From NCBI RefSeq assembly GCF_036971445.1, contig NC_091470.1, forward strand, positions 150,908,001-150,972,000: DNA of 64,000 nt, given 5' to 3'. The notes beneath the pieces are model-generated. The model was not told where the DNA came from, did not search any database, and worked only from the letters and a program-made list of their open reading frames with translations. Below are positions 12,085 to 23,727 of this stretch, one piece after another. This DNA comes from Narcine bancroftii (taxonomy: Eukaryota). The position numbers were made by a program, and so were the translations under genes. Numbering within the stretch: position 1 is the stretch's first letter; every line of letters begins with the position of its first letter.

Positions 12085-12328
12085 TTACATTTAAAATTTA
12101 ACTTTAGACATACATGATGGAAATAGGCGATTTCAGCCAAATTACACCCAATTGTCCTGCACTCTCGGTACGTTTTGAATGGGGGAGGAAACTGGAGCTC
12201 CCGGAGGAAACCCTCTCAGACACGGGTAGAATGTACAAACTCCTTACAGGCACCATAGGATTCAAACCCCAGTCACGATCGCTGGCACTGTAAGTGTTGC
12301 ACTAACCGCTACGCTAACTGAGACGCCC
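12085..12328 (-). mobile_element. V-SINE (HE1-like)
   Basis: GGAGGAAACTGGAGCTCCCGGAGGAAACCC, AGAATGTACAAACTCCTTACAG, tRNA-like head. Confidence 0.8.
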
Positions 12329-12529
12329 TTTTGTTTGGTATGTGAAGCTTTCTGCTCCAGTTTACATACAGTGGCTATCGGTGGAAATGGAAGCTCACTA
12401 ATAACACTGTACTATGAAGAGTTTGCTTTATGGCCACTTTTGGCCATATTTTATGGATTTTCAAGTCAAGTCAAGGTTATCGTTATCTGATTGCACAAGT
12501 ACAACCTAATGAAACACCGTTCTCCGGTT

Positions 12530-13100
12530 GATGCTGGTTTTGAGCTGCTCAACTCAAAAATCATCTTAAAATTTTCTAATCACATACCATTTTTTAGATA
12601 TAACCTATTTTTGTAATCTCCTGTCATATTTTAAGTCTACTTCAAGCATACAAAACCATGAAGTGCAGAATGTCTTTGAAAATTCATTTTCTGTATTCAT
12701 ACTTGGATATCTTCCCTGCTGATCTTGGTGTAGTCAGTGATGAACATGGGGAAAGGTTTCACCTGGACATTGTGACAATGGAAAAGCGGTATCAGGGCAA
12801 CTGGAATCCATCAATGCTGGCCGACTGTTGTTGGACACTGGCACGAGAGGCATCAGATGCTGAGTACAAATGAAAATCAGCGACAAAACATTTTTAGGTC
12901 GGTTGAACTAATGCAATGTGTCAGCATCATTATGCGATTAAACATGTTAAATTCAATAAAAGTTAATGTAACGTTTCTCCAACTTCCAATGCGATACAGC
13001 AAATCTGAAATTATCTTTGCATTCAACTCGAAGTTGTCTGTCATAATCCCCAATTTCTTTTCAACATGCAAACCTTTTGAAAAACATTTGTTCTCCAGTG
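12530..13100 (+). mobile_element. Chapaev3-like (CMC) DNA transposon, 3' part with transposase C-terminus
   Basis: MSLKIHFLYSYLDIFPADLGVVSDEHGERFHLDIVTMEKRYQGNWNPSMLADCCW (12658-12873); terminus ...TTTGTTCTCCAGTG at 13100. Confidence 0.7.
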
Positions 13101-13527
13101 TTACCGGGAAGCGTACAAAATCTAAAGGATCTCTCTCCATGGCAGCCGTAGAACAGCTGCATGAACAGCTGCCAAGGTGGTCAGAGAGAACACAAAGATG
13201 AGGGAACAAGGTGGTCTGCTGTGCGCGTGGGTGCCTCACTCACGATCTCCGCCCAGATTGAGTCCAAGCGACATCACAACAGGAGCAAAGTGTGGATCAA
13301 TGAGGCAGAGATCGTAACTTGACTTACACATATAAAATGACTATAATCAGCAATGGTCAACCAGTGATAAGATGCCAACATGGAGAACTGAAGCTGGCAG
13401 ATATGGTGTGCTGAGCAAAACATCAGGATCAAATGAAAACTTTTAAATTCTTCCCTCATCACTGATCTTAGTTGATAAGCTGTTACTTTTTTTGTGTGAC
13501 TGTTCAACAGAGGCCAAAGACTGCTAA

Positions 13528-14125
13528 AATCAGAATCAGAATTTATTGTGATGAACATGGCATGAAATTCATTTTTTGGCAACATTCCATGAAAATATGC
13601 TACAAATTATATTTCAAAATAAATAAATAGTGCAAGAAAAGAGCATAAAGTGAGGAAGTGTATGTGGTTCCTTGTCCATTCAGAAATCTGATGGCAGACG
13701 AAAAGAAGCTGTCCTTATGCCACTGGGTGTTCATCTTCAGGCTTTTTCCTGATGGCAGCGGAGTGAAGAGGGCATAGCCTGGGTGTTGAGGATCCTTAAG
13801 GATAGAGGCTGCTTTCTTAAGTACAGCCTCTTGTAGATGTTCTCAATGGAGTGGAGACTGATGCCCGTCCTGTAATGGTGCTGGCTAAGTTTACAACCAA
13901 CTGTAGTCTTTTCCTGTCCTGTGCATTGGCACCTCTGTACCAGACAGTGATGCAACCAGACAGAATGCTCTCCACTGTACAGCTGTAGAATTTTTTTAGT
14001 CTTTGGTGACATACTCCTCACGATGTACCTACTTTTTTCGTGATTGCATCGACATGGAGGCCCCAGCACAGATTCTCAGAGATGTTGACACCCAGGAACT
14101 TGAAGATCTTGACCCTCTCCACAAA
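13528..14125 (-). mobile_element. Rex1/Babar-type LINE 3' fragment
   Basis: CAGAATCAGAAT tail and degraded ORF homologous to 8553-9048. Confidence 0.75.
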
Positions 14126-15701
14126 TGTCACTCCTTCTTTCAGCAAGAGAAGTTAACAGTTGTGATATAATTCAGTGTCTTTAGACATTAGAAAATCCCT
14201 GGATGTGCTCAGATAAAATACAACCCAAATGTTCAATTTTCATGGAGAGTAGACATGATGTCCAAGGTGACGGAAAGCAAGTGAAATTGCTTTTGTGTCT
14301 GACTCTGTTACAGGAAATGGGCACTACGGATTTATTTTTTACAGAAATGGATTTTGAGAGAACTGATTCAAACTCACCAATGGTTAATAAACATGGCCTC
14401 TTAAGATATGGTGTCCTGTCTTCTATGTAGGTCAGCCTTGGGGCACGCTAAGCTTAACAATTGCTTTTCTGCAGCCTACAGCTCCCTTTGGCTCCAATCT
14501 GCGCAGCTCAGCCAACTCTAAGAAAGTCAGTCATTGTGAGGCTGGCATGCGATTCCCGGTAAAAGGAAAGCAAAGATGGGGAGTGTGAAATAAATCTGGC
14601 AAATAATTGAACCAGTGAGGTAAAGACAGGGGATGGGTGGGGGATGGGGGGAGGAAGGGAGAGAGAGAAATAACGTTGGAGATAGATAACGGAGAAAAGG
14701 CACTGAGGAAATGGGAAAGTTAATGAGCGTGAAAGAGAGAGAGCAATCCAGAGGGAAAGAGGCCCTCTGCTGATACATAAAGGAGGCCATTCATTGTGAT
14801 AAATCTACTGCAGAGCGTTTTGACCATGATCCATTATTAAACTAGATTTTGGGGGGGGATATGGAGCCCTTGATTTGAAACATGACTATTGCCTGCCTTT
14901 GTATTTTGATCATATTTCCGAAGGTTGGAGATAGCTAAGAAGAGCTGATCCTTACAGACAATGAAGCAGAAATAGATCAGATTAGGCTGGATAGTTGCTC
15001 TTTGGCTCGTGTAGATTCAATGGACTGAATGGCCTGAATGGACAGGAAGGAGACAACAGGCAGGCAGCCATAAACTTTGTCAAAGAGCTTGTTCTCAGTA
15101 TTTTAAAGGGCCAACATATTAAAAGACTCATCCCAGCCTGGCCACACTCTCTGCGCACCTTCTATCAGAAAGAAGATTCCTGAGTGTAAGATTATGCAGC
15201 ACCAAATTCAGGGATGGTTTCTTTCCTACTGTTATCAGGCTTTTGAATGAACCCCAGAAGAGTAAAATTAAGTTGCCATTGCTCTGTACCAACCGACCTC
15301 TCTCTGTCACTCTGCACTTTTGTATTGTGTCTTACTCTTTCCACTATGTATGAGATGTCTACTGGTCTGCTTGTAAAATTATCTCTATTCCTGCAGTTTC
15401 ATACATGTGACAGTAAGTGAACTTGGAATGAGGTGGAGAGACAGAGAGGTCCGAGAAGTGGGTGGGGTGTTGATTGGTCCACACGAATGGTGGGGCAATG
15501 GAAACAGGACAGAAGGAAGACACCAGAGGTGAGGAAACAGTGAAATCTCAGGGATTCATAGGGGTGCAGGAGGTTTAGGAATATATTGGGATGGAAGAGA
15601 GGTCTGATGGGAAGAAGACTTGGAGGACTTTGTAGCAGAGGGATGAAAATTTGGGAACTGGGAGCTGAGGCATGTCAGTGAACAAAGGGGTGCTTGCATC
15701 T

Positions 15702-15904
15702 TGTGGTAAATCACTGTTATGCCATGATTGGCTGCTTCTGACTGGACACGCCTCCCGAGACTGATCCTACCATAGTCCCTTTCATGCTTCCCCTTTTTCT
15801 TTGCTTCAATCAGTCAATGAGGTTGACGATTGTTCCAGTCTTTAGTTAATAAAAGCTTGATAGTTTCACAACTCCAGCTTTTTGTAATTATTCATGGTAC
15901 ATCT
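15702..15904 (+). mobile_element. Short solo LTR (Gypsy-like), ~203 bp
   Basis: Starts TGTGG; internal AATAAA; ends GGTACATCT (terminal CA presumed mutated); 5-bp TSD CATCT at 15697-15701 and 15905-15909. Confidence 0.55.
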
Positions 15905-16192
15905 CATCTTTAAGTCTCCTGGACCAAGATTCACCTAGTAAAGTGCTCTTCTCGTCAATCTCCACAAATTCTAGCTCAGTTTCCTGGCTGAACTAAGTGC
16001 ACCCAGTTTCTGCATTTGTTGACATTCATCAGGTCTTCTTCCAGCAGCCACTCCATGTTAAAATTCTCTTCCCCAGGTCCAATCTCCTCACACACTTGTC
16101 TTTCCCTAACTCTCCACCAGTTCTGTCCTCATGTCCATTTCTCAAATGTTCAACTTTCTACAAAGTTGGAGGCTTGTGCCTGTTTATGAGTA

Positions 16193-16331
16193 NNNNNNNN
16201 NNNNNNNNNNNNNNNNNNNNNNNNNNNNNNNNNNNNNNNNNNNNNNNNNNNNNNNNNNNNNNNNNNNNNNNNNNNNNNNNNNNNNNNNNNNNNNNNNNNN
16301 NNNNNNNNNNNNNNNNNNNNNNNNNNNNNNN
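16193..16331. other. Assembly gap next to TG-rich microsatellite
   Basis: N run. Confidence 1.
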
Positions 16332-16374
16332 CGATATCTGTCTGTGTTTTGTGTGTATGGTATATGTGTGTGTG

Positions 16375-17275
16375 GACAACGGCTCTGTATACGCTAATCT
16401 TTGTGAGGTTTTTCAGTTGGTTGTTTATTCAGACTCTTTTGTGTAGTCTTCCAAAGGCGCTATTTGCCTTGGCGAGTCTGTTGTCTATCTCGTTGTCGAT
16501 CCTTGCATCCGATGAAATGGTGCAGCCGAGATAGGTAAACTGGTTGACCGTTTTGAGTTTTGTATGCCCGATGGAGATGTGGGGGGGCTGATAGTCATGG
16601 TGGGGAGCTGGCTGATGGAGGACCTGTTTTCTTCAGGCTGACTTCCAGGTCAAACATTTTGGCAATTTCCGCAAAACAGGACGTCAAGCGCTGAAGAGCT
16701 GGCTCTGAATGGGCAACTAAAGCGGCATTGTCTGCAAAGAGTAGTTCAGGGGAGCGACTTCATCCCTAACATCGAAGTACTCGAGATGGCAGAGGCCGAC
16801 AGCATCAAATCCACACTGCTGAAGATCCAACTGCGTTGGGTAGGTCACGTCTCTAGAATGGAGGACCATCGCCTTCCCAAGATCGTGTTATATGGCGAGC
16901 TCTCCACTGGCCACCGTGACAGAGGTGCACCAAAGAAGAGGCACAAGGACTGCCTAAAGAAATCTCTTGGTGCCTGCCACATTGACCACCGCCAGTGGGC
17001 TGATATCGCCTCAAACCATGCATCTTGGCGCCTTACAGTTCGGCGGGCAGCAACCTCCTTTGAAGAAGACCGCAGAGCCCACCTCACTGACAAAAGACAA
17101 AGGAGGAAAAACCCAACACCCAACCCCAACCAACCAATTTTCCCCTGCAACCGCTGCAACTGTGTCTGCCTGTCCTGCATCGGACTTGTCAGCCACAAAC
17201 GAGCCTGCAGCTGACATGGACATTTACTCCTCCATAAATCTTCGTCTGTGAAGCCAAGCCAAAGAAGAAGAAAGA
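16375..17275 (+). mobile_element. RTE LINE, 5'-truncated with 5' inversion (16375-16750 minus, 16751-17275 plus)
   Basis: Both parts align to the RTE at 21160-23727; tail GAAGCCAAGCCAAAGAAGAAG; TSD ATGTGTGTGTG at 16364-16374 and 17276-17286. Confidence 0.9.
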
Positions 17276-17510
17276 ATGTGTGTGTGAATGCATGTACATG
17301 TGTGCATGTATGTGTGTGTATATGTGTGCATGCATGCTTATGTGTATCTTTGTGTGTGATTATATTTTCTGATTATAAACATGTTTGAAAATATGGGTAA
17401 AATGTGTGCATGTGTGAATTTTCTGTGAGATTTAAGTGTGAATATGGATCTCTACACATTTAAGGCATTGGATGTGTGTGTCTTTGTGTATGTTTGTGTA
17501 CATTTGGGTT
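17276..17510. repeat. Degenerate (TG)n microsatellite
   Basis: TG/TA-rich tract. Confidence 0.8.
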
Positions 17511-17861
17511 TGGAATGTGAGGCACCAGTTAATGACTGTGTTACTTTGGTTCAGTTTATTTTTGCCTGCTATTGTGTCTTCACGCATTTCCCACACTCAC
17601 TGCCAAATCTGGAAGGACTGCTGCTGTGCCTTTGCAAGTCTATGCACAGTTAAAATTCAGTGGAAATTGCCCAAGGCAGTGAGCTGAAGAACTGGGTGAA
17701 ATTTCCCAGAAACCGTCCTAGTGCACCCAAGGGTGTCTTCGCTCAGGGGAACATGTCCAACTTTGTGGTTGGATGGGTGAGAATTGAGTTTGATTTCCCA
17801 TTCCTTATGGATCTTCCTATTCCCCTCAATCTCTCCAGGCCCAAAAGCTTCGATCCTAAAT

Positions 17862-18488
17862 GTCAGAATCAAAATCTATTATCATGAACATGTTTGCTGC
17901 AGCAACATGGTGCAAACATTTAGATCAACCACCTGAAAAACATTTAAAAATAATACAAGAAAATGTCAAAGTAAGGCAGCATCTATGGTTCATTGTTCAT
18001 TTAGGAATCTGGTGGCAGAGGGAATGAAGCCGTCCTTGTGCTCGTCTTTAGGCTCCTGTACCTTTTTCCCCGATGGTAGCAGAGTGAAGAGGCCCTGGCC
18101 TGGGTGATGGGGATCTTTGAGGTCCCTGTTTTCTTAAGGCACCGCCTCTTGTAGATGTCCTCGATGGAGTGAGGATTGGTGCCTGTGATTAACAACCCTC
18201 TGGTTTATTCTTGTCCTGAGCATTGCCCCCTCCATACCAGCCAGTGATGCAATCAGCCAGAATCTTCTCCACAGTACACCTGGAGAAGTTTTCGAGAGTC
18301 TTTAGTGACATTCCGAATCTCCTCAAGCGCTTCACAAAGTATCAAAGTATGGGCACTGGCGGGCCTTCTTCGAGATTGCATCGACATGGAGGCTCCAGGA
18401 CAGATCCTCAGAAATGTTGACCCCCCACCCCCCCGATGAGGACTGGTTCATGTTTTTCTGACTTCCTCTTGAATGGCACAATCAACTC
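17862..18488 (-). mobile_element. Rex1/Babar-type LINE 3' fragment
   Basis: HSIEDIYKRRCLKK...RYRSLKTST; CAGAATC tail. Confidence 0.75.
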
Positions 18489-18683
18489 AGCTTCAGAATG
18501 TGAGTTGCTCTCTTGGGCCACAATGATCACCAAATCTGACCAATCCTCTGGAGATTCAGTCAGATCCTTCAACATGGATTGAGGGGAGTGGGGTGTTGGG
18601 GCAACGACATTGGGGCATAGAATGGAACAACTTCAAATGGAGCAGGAATGGGGATGAATGCTCATGACTCCTATGACACCGCA

Positions 18684-18770
18684 ACGGTAACCGCTGTAAA
18701 TATTAGCACGGCCAAATATTCAGTTTCCATGGCTACAGCTGTAAATATTGTAAAAAAAACCATGGTAACA
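18684..18770. promoter_or_regulatory. Candidate RFX (X-box) / forkhead motif cluster
   Basis: GTTTCCATGGCTAC (18723-18736), CCATGGTAAC (18760-18769), and duplicated GCTGTAAATATT (18693-18704, 18738-18749) in unique sequence. Confidence 0.35.
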
Positions 18771-21159
18771 CAGGCAGGCACAATTGGAGTCTGCATTTGC
18801 TAGCAGGTATGGTTAACTAATCTGGGGTCTCCTTTGAGTTGCATTCCTTCTGGTAGCATGCTTCAGAAACTCTGTCAGAACATACCCTCGCATGGCAGTT
18901 TTGATGCCTCATGTTTGAGCAAATCTTACAAACTCTGACAAGTTCGTACAACTGATTGAAGTTAAACATTTAACATACCAATGAGACCTTGAGTGAAAAC
19001 AAGCTTCAACTTTCCCTTCCTATTGGAACTATAACAGCTTCTAGAATGTTGAGGTACATCACAAGGCTCCTCACAAATAGGACAGGTGTGGGGGGGGGGG
19101 GTGGGGGGGCAAGGGGAATGGATCTTGAGCCTGTTGGGGACTGAGCTAACTTGGTGCAAAACTGGAGCAGCAATGCTGAGTACATCCTGTGGTCAGAAAC
19201 AAGGAACGGCTTCATTCATTGTGGGCACATTTGAAATTGGCTCACTCAGTCGCACAAGAGTTAAAGAAGCCTCCACCATCACTTTGCTGGCATGTGAGAT
19301 GTGTTAGCACAGATGAAGAGGAGATGGGTCAACAAGATTTCTTTCCTCCTGTTTAAGACCCTGGGGACTGGGAGTAATGATGAGCTCACACGCTGATGCA
19401 CTCATCTGCCTCTGATCCAGTTTGCACAGCACACACGACACTTGAGATGGGTAATGTTCATTCCACAGTGTTGTCACAGACGGGAGACCATTTGAATATT
19501 GGATTTCTTCCTCAGTTTAAAACCCAGCCCCAAGTTTCCTTTAAATCAGTAGTCACTGAGCTGGTTTTCTATCACTTTCAGATGCTGAACATGATACATG
19601 GGGAAAGTATTCTGACCTCATCAGAAAGGGATGCTCCGGCTACACCCAGACTTTCGACATGTGCCATTGGTGAGGTCACCTGCTTGAAGTGGAAAGTAAA
19701 AAAAAAGAGTCTCCTAAACTCCCTGAAGAAAGTCCAAAGATAATTCTTTGGAGCATGACATATTTCCCATGTTATTACAAGGAGAAACGAGCCCAGGTGT
19801 ACACTCCGGATAATGAGGGGTTTGCAAATGGATCTGAGATTCACTGATTTAATTGATGAGATCTACCTTTACCAGTAGGCACCAAGTGGGTCAGGCTCCA
19901 CATGTTCAGGCAGGCCTGGGATAATGAAGGTAGAAGTGCTGAGTGTGATTCAGATTGACGGCTACTTGACCAGAAAGCTCTCCTAACCTTGGAATCAGGC
20001 CTGGAATTTACTGAGGGAGACAACTGACTCAACCAGGCTGGGTGTACCTTCAATGAAACTTAATTTGATGCCTGGGTCTGTTCAATTTATCGACATTTCT
20101 CTCCATGTTTCTACTGAAGTTGACATAACTGTGCGGCATGCCAGGCTATTTCAGAGTGCAGAGAAGAGTCACTCATGTTGAGCTGGGGCTGGGGCCACAT
20201 ACACATCAACTAGTGAATGACAGCAGGATTCACTTGCCAAAGGTCATCAGTGCATGGGTGGGTTTTTGTGAAACAACTTGATGATTACTCTACAGAGCCT
20301 GCAATTTCTCATGCCTGCATTTATTTTTTTTTAACTCAATTGAAGTCTCAAACTGCTACAATGGGATTTGCACTTGCTTTCTTTACATTATTTGGATTAA
20401 ATAACCAGTAAACTAATGGCTTAACCACTCGGCTACAACGGCCAAATGTTTCCCTTCTACCTTTTCTCTTTCAACTCACTCTCAGGAGGTTGGCTCGACT
20501 GTTACCAATCATTCTCATCATCTTTGTGGCTTCTAAAATGTGATGAGCTCTCCTTTTCCCTATAAGATTCATGAGTTAACTCTGATGGGTGATATAAAAT
20601 CCATTCCTGTCCACGGAGTAATCTGTTTTCCTTTTGTTTCCTGCAGCTTTCTATCTCCCCTCCCCTCCACAGTTCCTTATTATATATCGAGACCACAACA
20701 ATGAAGTGGACATTCAGCCCAGCTTCCTCCCTGTCGAGTTCCCACAGACTTCTGGTGCTTTCTCCATTGCCACCAGTCCCCAGCTAACCCCAAAACCTGA
20801 CATGGTCTTTGGTTCCTCCTGGAAGTTAGTTCCACAACCTCACAACTCTGTGTGAAGCAGTTCCGCCCATCCCCCAACCCACTCTCTTGTAGTCAGTGAA
20901 CATCCGAACATGTTGTCATCAATTGTAGCCCAGCCAGTCTCAAGTGGTTTTTTGAATCTCCATTTTAAGATGGTTTTGAGGTAATACAGTGTTAATATCG
21001 TGCCACAGAGGGAATAGGGTTAGAGTTGGAGATGATTTTAGGAGGACCAGGAGAAACCACCCTCCACTACACATCAACAACTCTATAGTAATTCTTAAAG
21101 TTTGATAGCTGTAAGCCCCCTTGTTTGTACCATTCTGTTAATTTATCTAGTGCTACCTC

Positions 21160-23727
21160 CTGGCACCTCCTGGACTACATCCTGGTGCGAGAAAGTGACA
21201 AACGAGATGTGCTCCACACCAGGGTCATGCCTAGCGCGGAATGCCACACTGACCACCGGCTGGTTCGCTGCAAGCTCAACCTTCACTTCAAGCCAAAGCC
21301 CAGGAACAATAAAGCCCCCAGAAAGAGGTTCAATGTTGGAAACCTGCAGTCAGACGAAGCGAGAGGAAACTTCCAGGCAAACCTCAAAGCAAAGCTCGAC
21401 GATGCAACCCGCCTCACGGACCCGTCCCCTGAAACCCTCTGGGATCAGTTGAAGACTACCATACTGCAATCCACTGAAGAGGTACTGGGCTTCTCCTCCA
21501 GGAAAAACAAGGACTGGTTTGACGAAAACAGCCAGGAAATCCAGGAGCTGCTGGCAAAGAAGCGAGCTGCCCACCAGGCTCACCTTACAAAGCCGTCCTG
21601 TCCAGAGAAGAAACAAGCCTTCCGTCGCGCATGCAGCCATCTTCTGCGCAAACTCCGGGAGATCCAAAATGAGTGGTGGACTAGCCTCGCCAAACGAACC
21701 CAGCTCAGCGCGGACATTGGCGACTTCAGGGGTTTCTACGAGGCTCTAAAGGCTGTGTACGGCCACTCACCCCAAGTCCAAAGCCCGCTGCGCAGCTCAG
21801 ACGGCAAAGTCCTCCTCAGCGACAAGATCTCCATCCTCAACCGATGGTCAGAACACTTCCAATCTCTTTTCAGTGCCAACCGCTCAGTCCAAGATTCCGC
21901 CCTGCTCCAGCTCCCTCAACAGCCCCTAAGGCTAGAGCTGGATGAGGTTCCCACCCTGGATGAGACATATAAGGCAATCGAACAACTGAAAAGTGGCAAA
22001 GCAGCAGGTATGGATGGAATCCCCCCAGAAGTCTGGAAGGCTGGCGGCAAAACTCTGCATGTCAAACTGCATGAGTTTTTCAAGCTTTGTTGGGACCAAG
22101 GTAAACTGCCTCAGGATCTTCGTGATGCCACCATCATCACCCTGTACAAAAACAAAGGCGAGAAATCAGACTGCTCAAACTACAGGGGAATCACGTTGCT
22201 CTCCATTGCAGGCAAAATCTTCGCTAAGATTCTACTAAATAGAATAATACCTAGTGTCGCCGAGAATATTCTCCCAGAATCACAGTGCGGCTTTCGCGCA
22301 AACAGAGGAACTACTGACATGGTCTTTGCCCTCAGACAGCTCCAAGAAAAGTGCAGAGAACAAAACAAAGGACTCTACATCACCTTTGTTGACCTCACCA
22401 AAGCCTTCGACACCGTGAGCAGGAAAGGGCTTTGGCAAATACTAGAGCGCATCGGATGTCCCCCAAAGTTCCTCAACATGATTATCCAACTGCACGAAAA
22501 CCAACAAGGTCGGGTCAGATACAGCAATGAGCTCTCTGAACCCTTCTCCATTAACAATGGCGTGAAGCAAGGCTGTGTTCTCGCACCAACCCTCTTTTCA
22601 ATCTTCTTCAGCATGATGCTGAACCAAGCCATGAAAGACCCCAACAATGAAGACGCTGTTTACATCCGGTACCGCACGGATGGCAGTCTCTTCAATCTGA
22701 GGCGCCTGCAAGCTCACACCAAGACACAAGAGAAACTTGTCCGTGAACTACTCTTTGCAGACGATGCCGCTTTAGTTGCCCATTCAGAGCCAGCTCTTCA
22801 GCGCTTGACGTCCTGCTTTGCGGAAACTGCCAAAATGTTTGGCCTGGAAGTCAGCCTGAAGAAAACTGAGGTCCTCCATCAGCCAGCTCCCCACCATGAC
22901 TACCAGCCCCCCCACATCTCCATCGGGCACACAAAACTCAAAACGGTCAACCAGTTTACCTATCTCGGCTGCACCATTTCATCAGATGCAAGGATCGACA
23001 ATGAGATAGACAACAGACTCGCCAAGGCAAATAGCGCCTTTGGAAGACTACACAAAAGAGTCTGGAAAAACAACCAACTGAAAAACCTCACAAAGATAAG
23101 CGTATACAGAACCGTTGTCATACCCACACTCCTGTTCGGCTCTGAATCATGGGTCCTCTACCGGCACCACCTACGGCTCCTAGAACGCTTCCACCAGCGT
23201 TGTCTCCGCTCCATCCTCAACATCCATTGGAGCGCTTACATCCCTAACGTCGAAGTACTCGAGATTGCAGAGGTCGACAGCATCGAGTCCACGCTGCTGA
23301 AGATCCAGCTGCGCTGGATGGGCCACGTCTCCAGAATGGAGGACCATCGCCTTCCCAAGATCGTGTTATATGGCGAGCTCTCCACTGGCCACCGAGACAG
23401 AGGTGCACCAAAGAAAAGGTACAAGGACTGCCTAAAGAAATCTCTTGGTGCCTGCCACATTGACCACCGCCAGTGGGCTGATAACGCCTCAAACCGTGCA
23501 TCTTGGCGCCTCACAGTTTGGCGGGCAGCAACCTCCTTTGAAGAAGACCGCAGAGCCCGCCTCACTGACAAAAGGCAAAGGAGGAAAAACCCAACACCCA
23601 ACCCCAACCAACCAATTTTACCCTGCAACCGCTGCAATCGTGTCTGCCTGTCCCGCATCGGACTTGTCAGCCACAAACGAGCCTGCAGCTGACGTGGACT
23701 TTTTACCCCCTCCATAAATCTTCGTCC
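21160..23727 (+). mobile_element. RTE-clade (BovB-like) LINE inserted in L1; 5'-truncated and lacking its normal 3' tail
   Basis: GC-richer block with sharp boundaries; L1 sequence resumes on both sides around (T)CCTC. Confidence 0.9.
21161..23692 (+). CDS. RTE ORF: C-terminal part of APE endonuclease, reverse transcriptase and C-terminal zinc finger; uninterrupted
   Basis: WHLLDY...TDHRLV (EN end), NYRGITLL, QCGFR, DLTKAFD, GVKQGCVLAP, LLFADD, FTYLG, CNRCNRVCLSRIGLVSHKRAC. Confidence 0.9.
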   Translation, partial: WHLLDYILVRESDKRDVLHTRVMPSAECHTDHRLVRCKLNLHFKPKPRNNKAPRKRFNVGNLQSDEARGNFQANLKAKLDDATRLTDPSPETLWDQLKTTILQSTEEVLGFSSRKNKDWFDENSQEIQELLAKKRAAHQAHLTKPSCPEKKQAFRRACSHLLRKLREIQNEWWTSLAKRTQLSADIGDFRGFYEALKAVYGHSPQVQSPLRSSDGKVLLSDKISILNRWSEHFQSLFSANRSVQDSALLQLPQQPLRLELDEVPTLDETYKAIEQLKSGKAAGMDGIPPEVWKAGGKTLHVKLHEFFKLCWDQGKLPQDLRDATIITLYKNKGEKSDCSNYRGITLLSIAGKIFAKILLNRIIPSVAENILPESQCGFRANRGTTDMVFALRQLQEKCREQNKGLYITFVDLTKAFDTVSRKGLWQILERIGCPPKFLNMIIQLHENQQGRVRYSNELSEPFSINNGVKQGCVLAPTLFSIFFSMMLNQAMKDPNNEDAVYIRYRTDGSLFNLRRLQAHTKTQEKLVRELLFADDAALVAHSEPALQRLTSCFAETAKMFGLEVSLKKTEVLHQPAPHHDYQPPHISIGHTKLKTVNQFTYLGCTISSDARIDNEIDNRLAKANSAFGRLHKRVWKNNQLKNLTKISVYRTVVIPTLLFGSESWVLYRHHLRLLERFHQRCLRSILNIHWSAYIPNVEVLEIAEVDSIESTLLKIQLRWMGHVSRMEDHRLPKIVLYGELSTGHRDRGAPKKRYKDCLKKSLGACHIDHRQWADNASNRASWRLTVWRAATSFEEDRRARLTDKRQRRKNPTPNPNQPILPCNRCNRVCLSRIGLVSHKRACS

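Noticed and set aside
15997-16446. ORFs crossing the 16193-16331 gap
   Set aside because: Open only because of Ns
21125-21160. N-terminus MYHSVNLSSATS of the 855-aa ORF as a novel fusion protein
   Set aside because: Starts at TTG and is simply antisense L1 sequence that happens to be in frame with the truncated RTE
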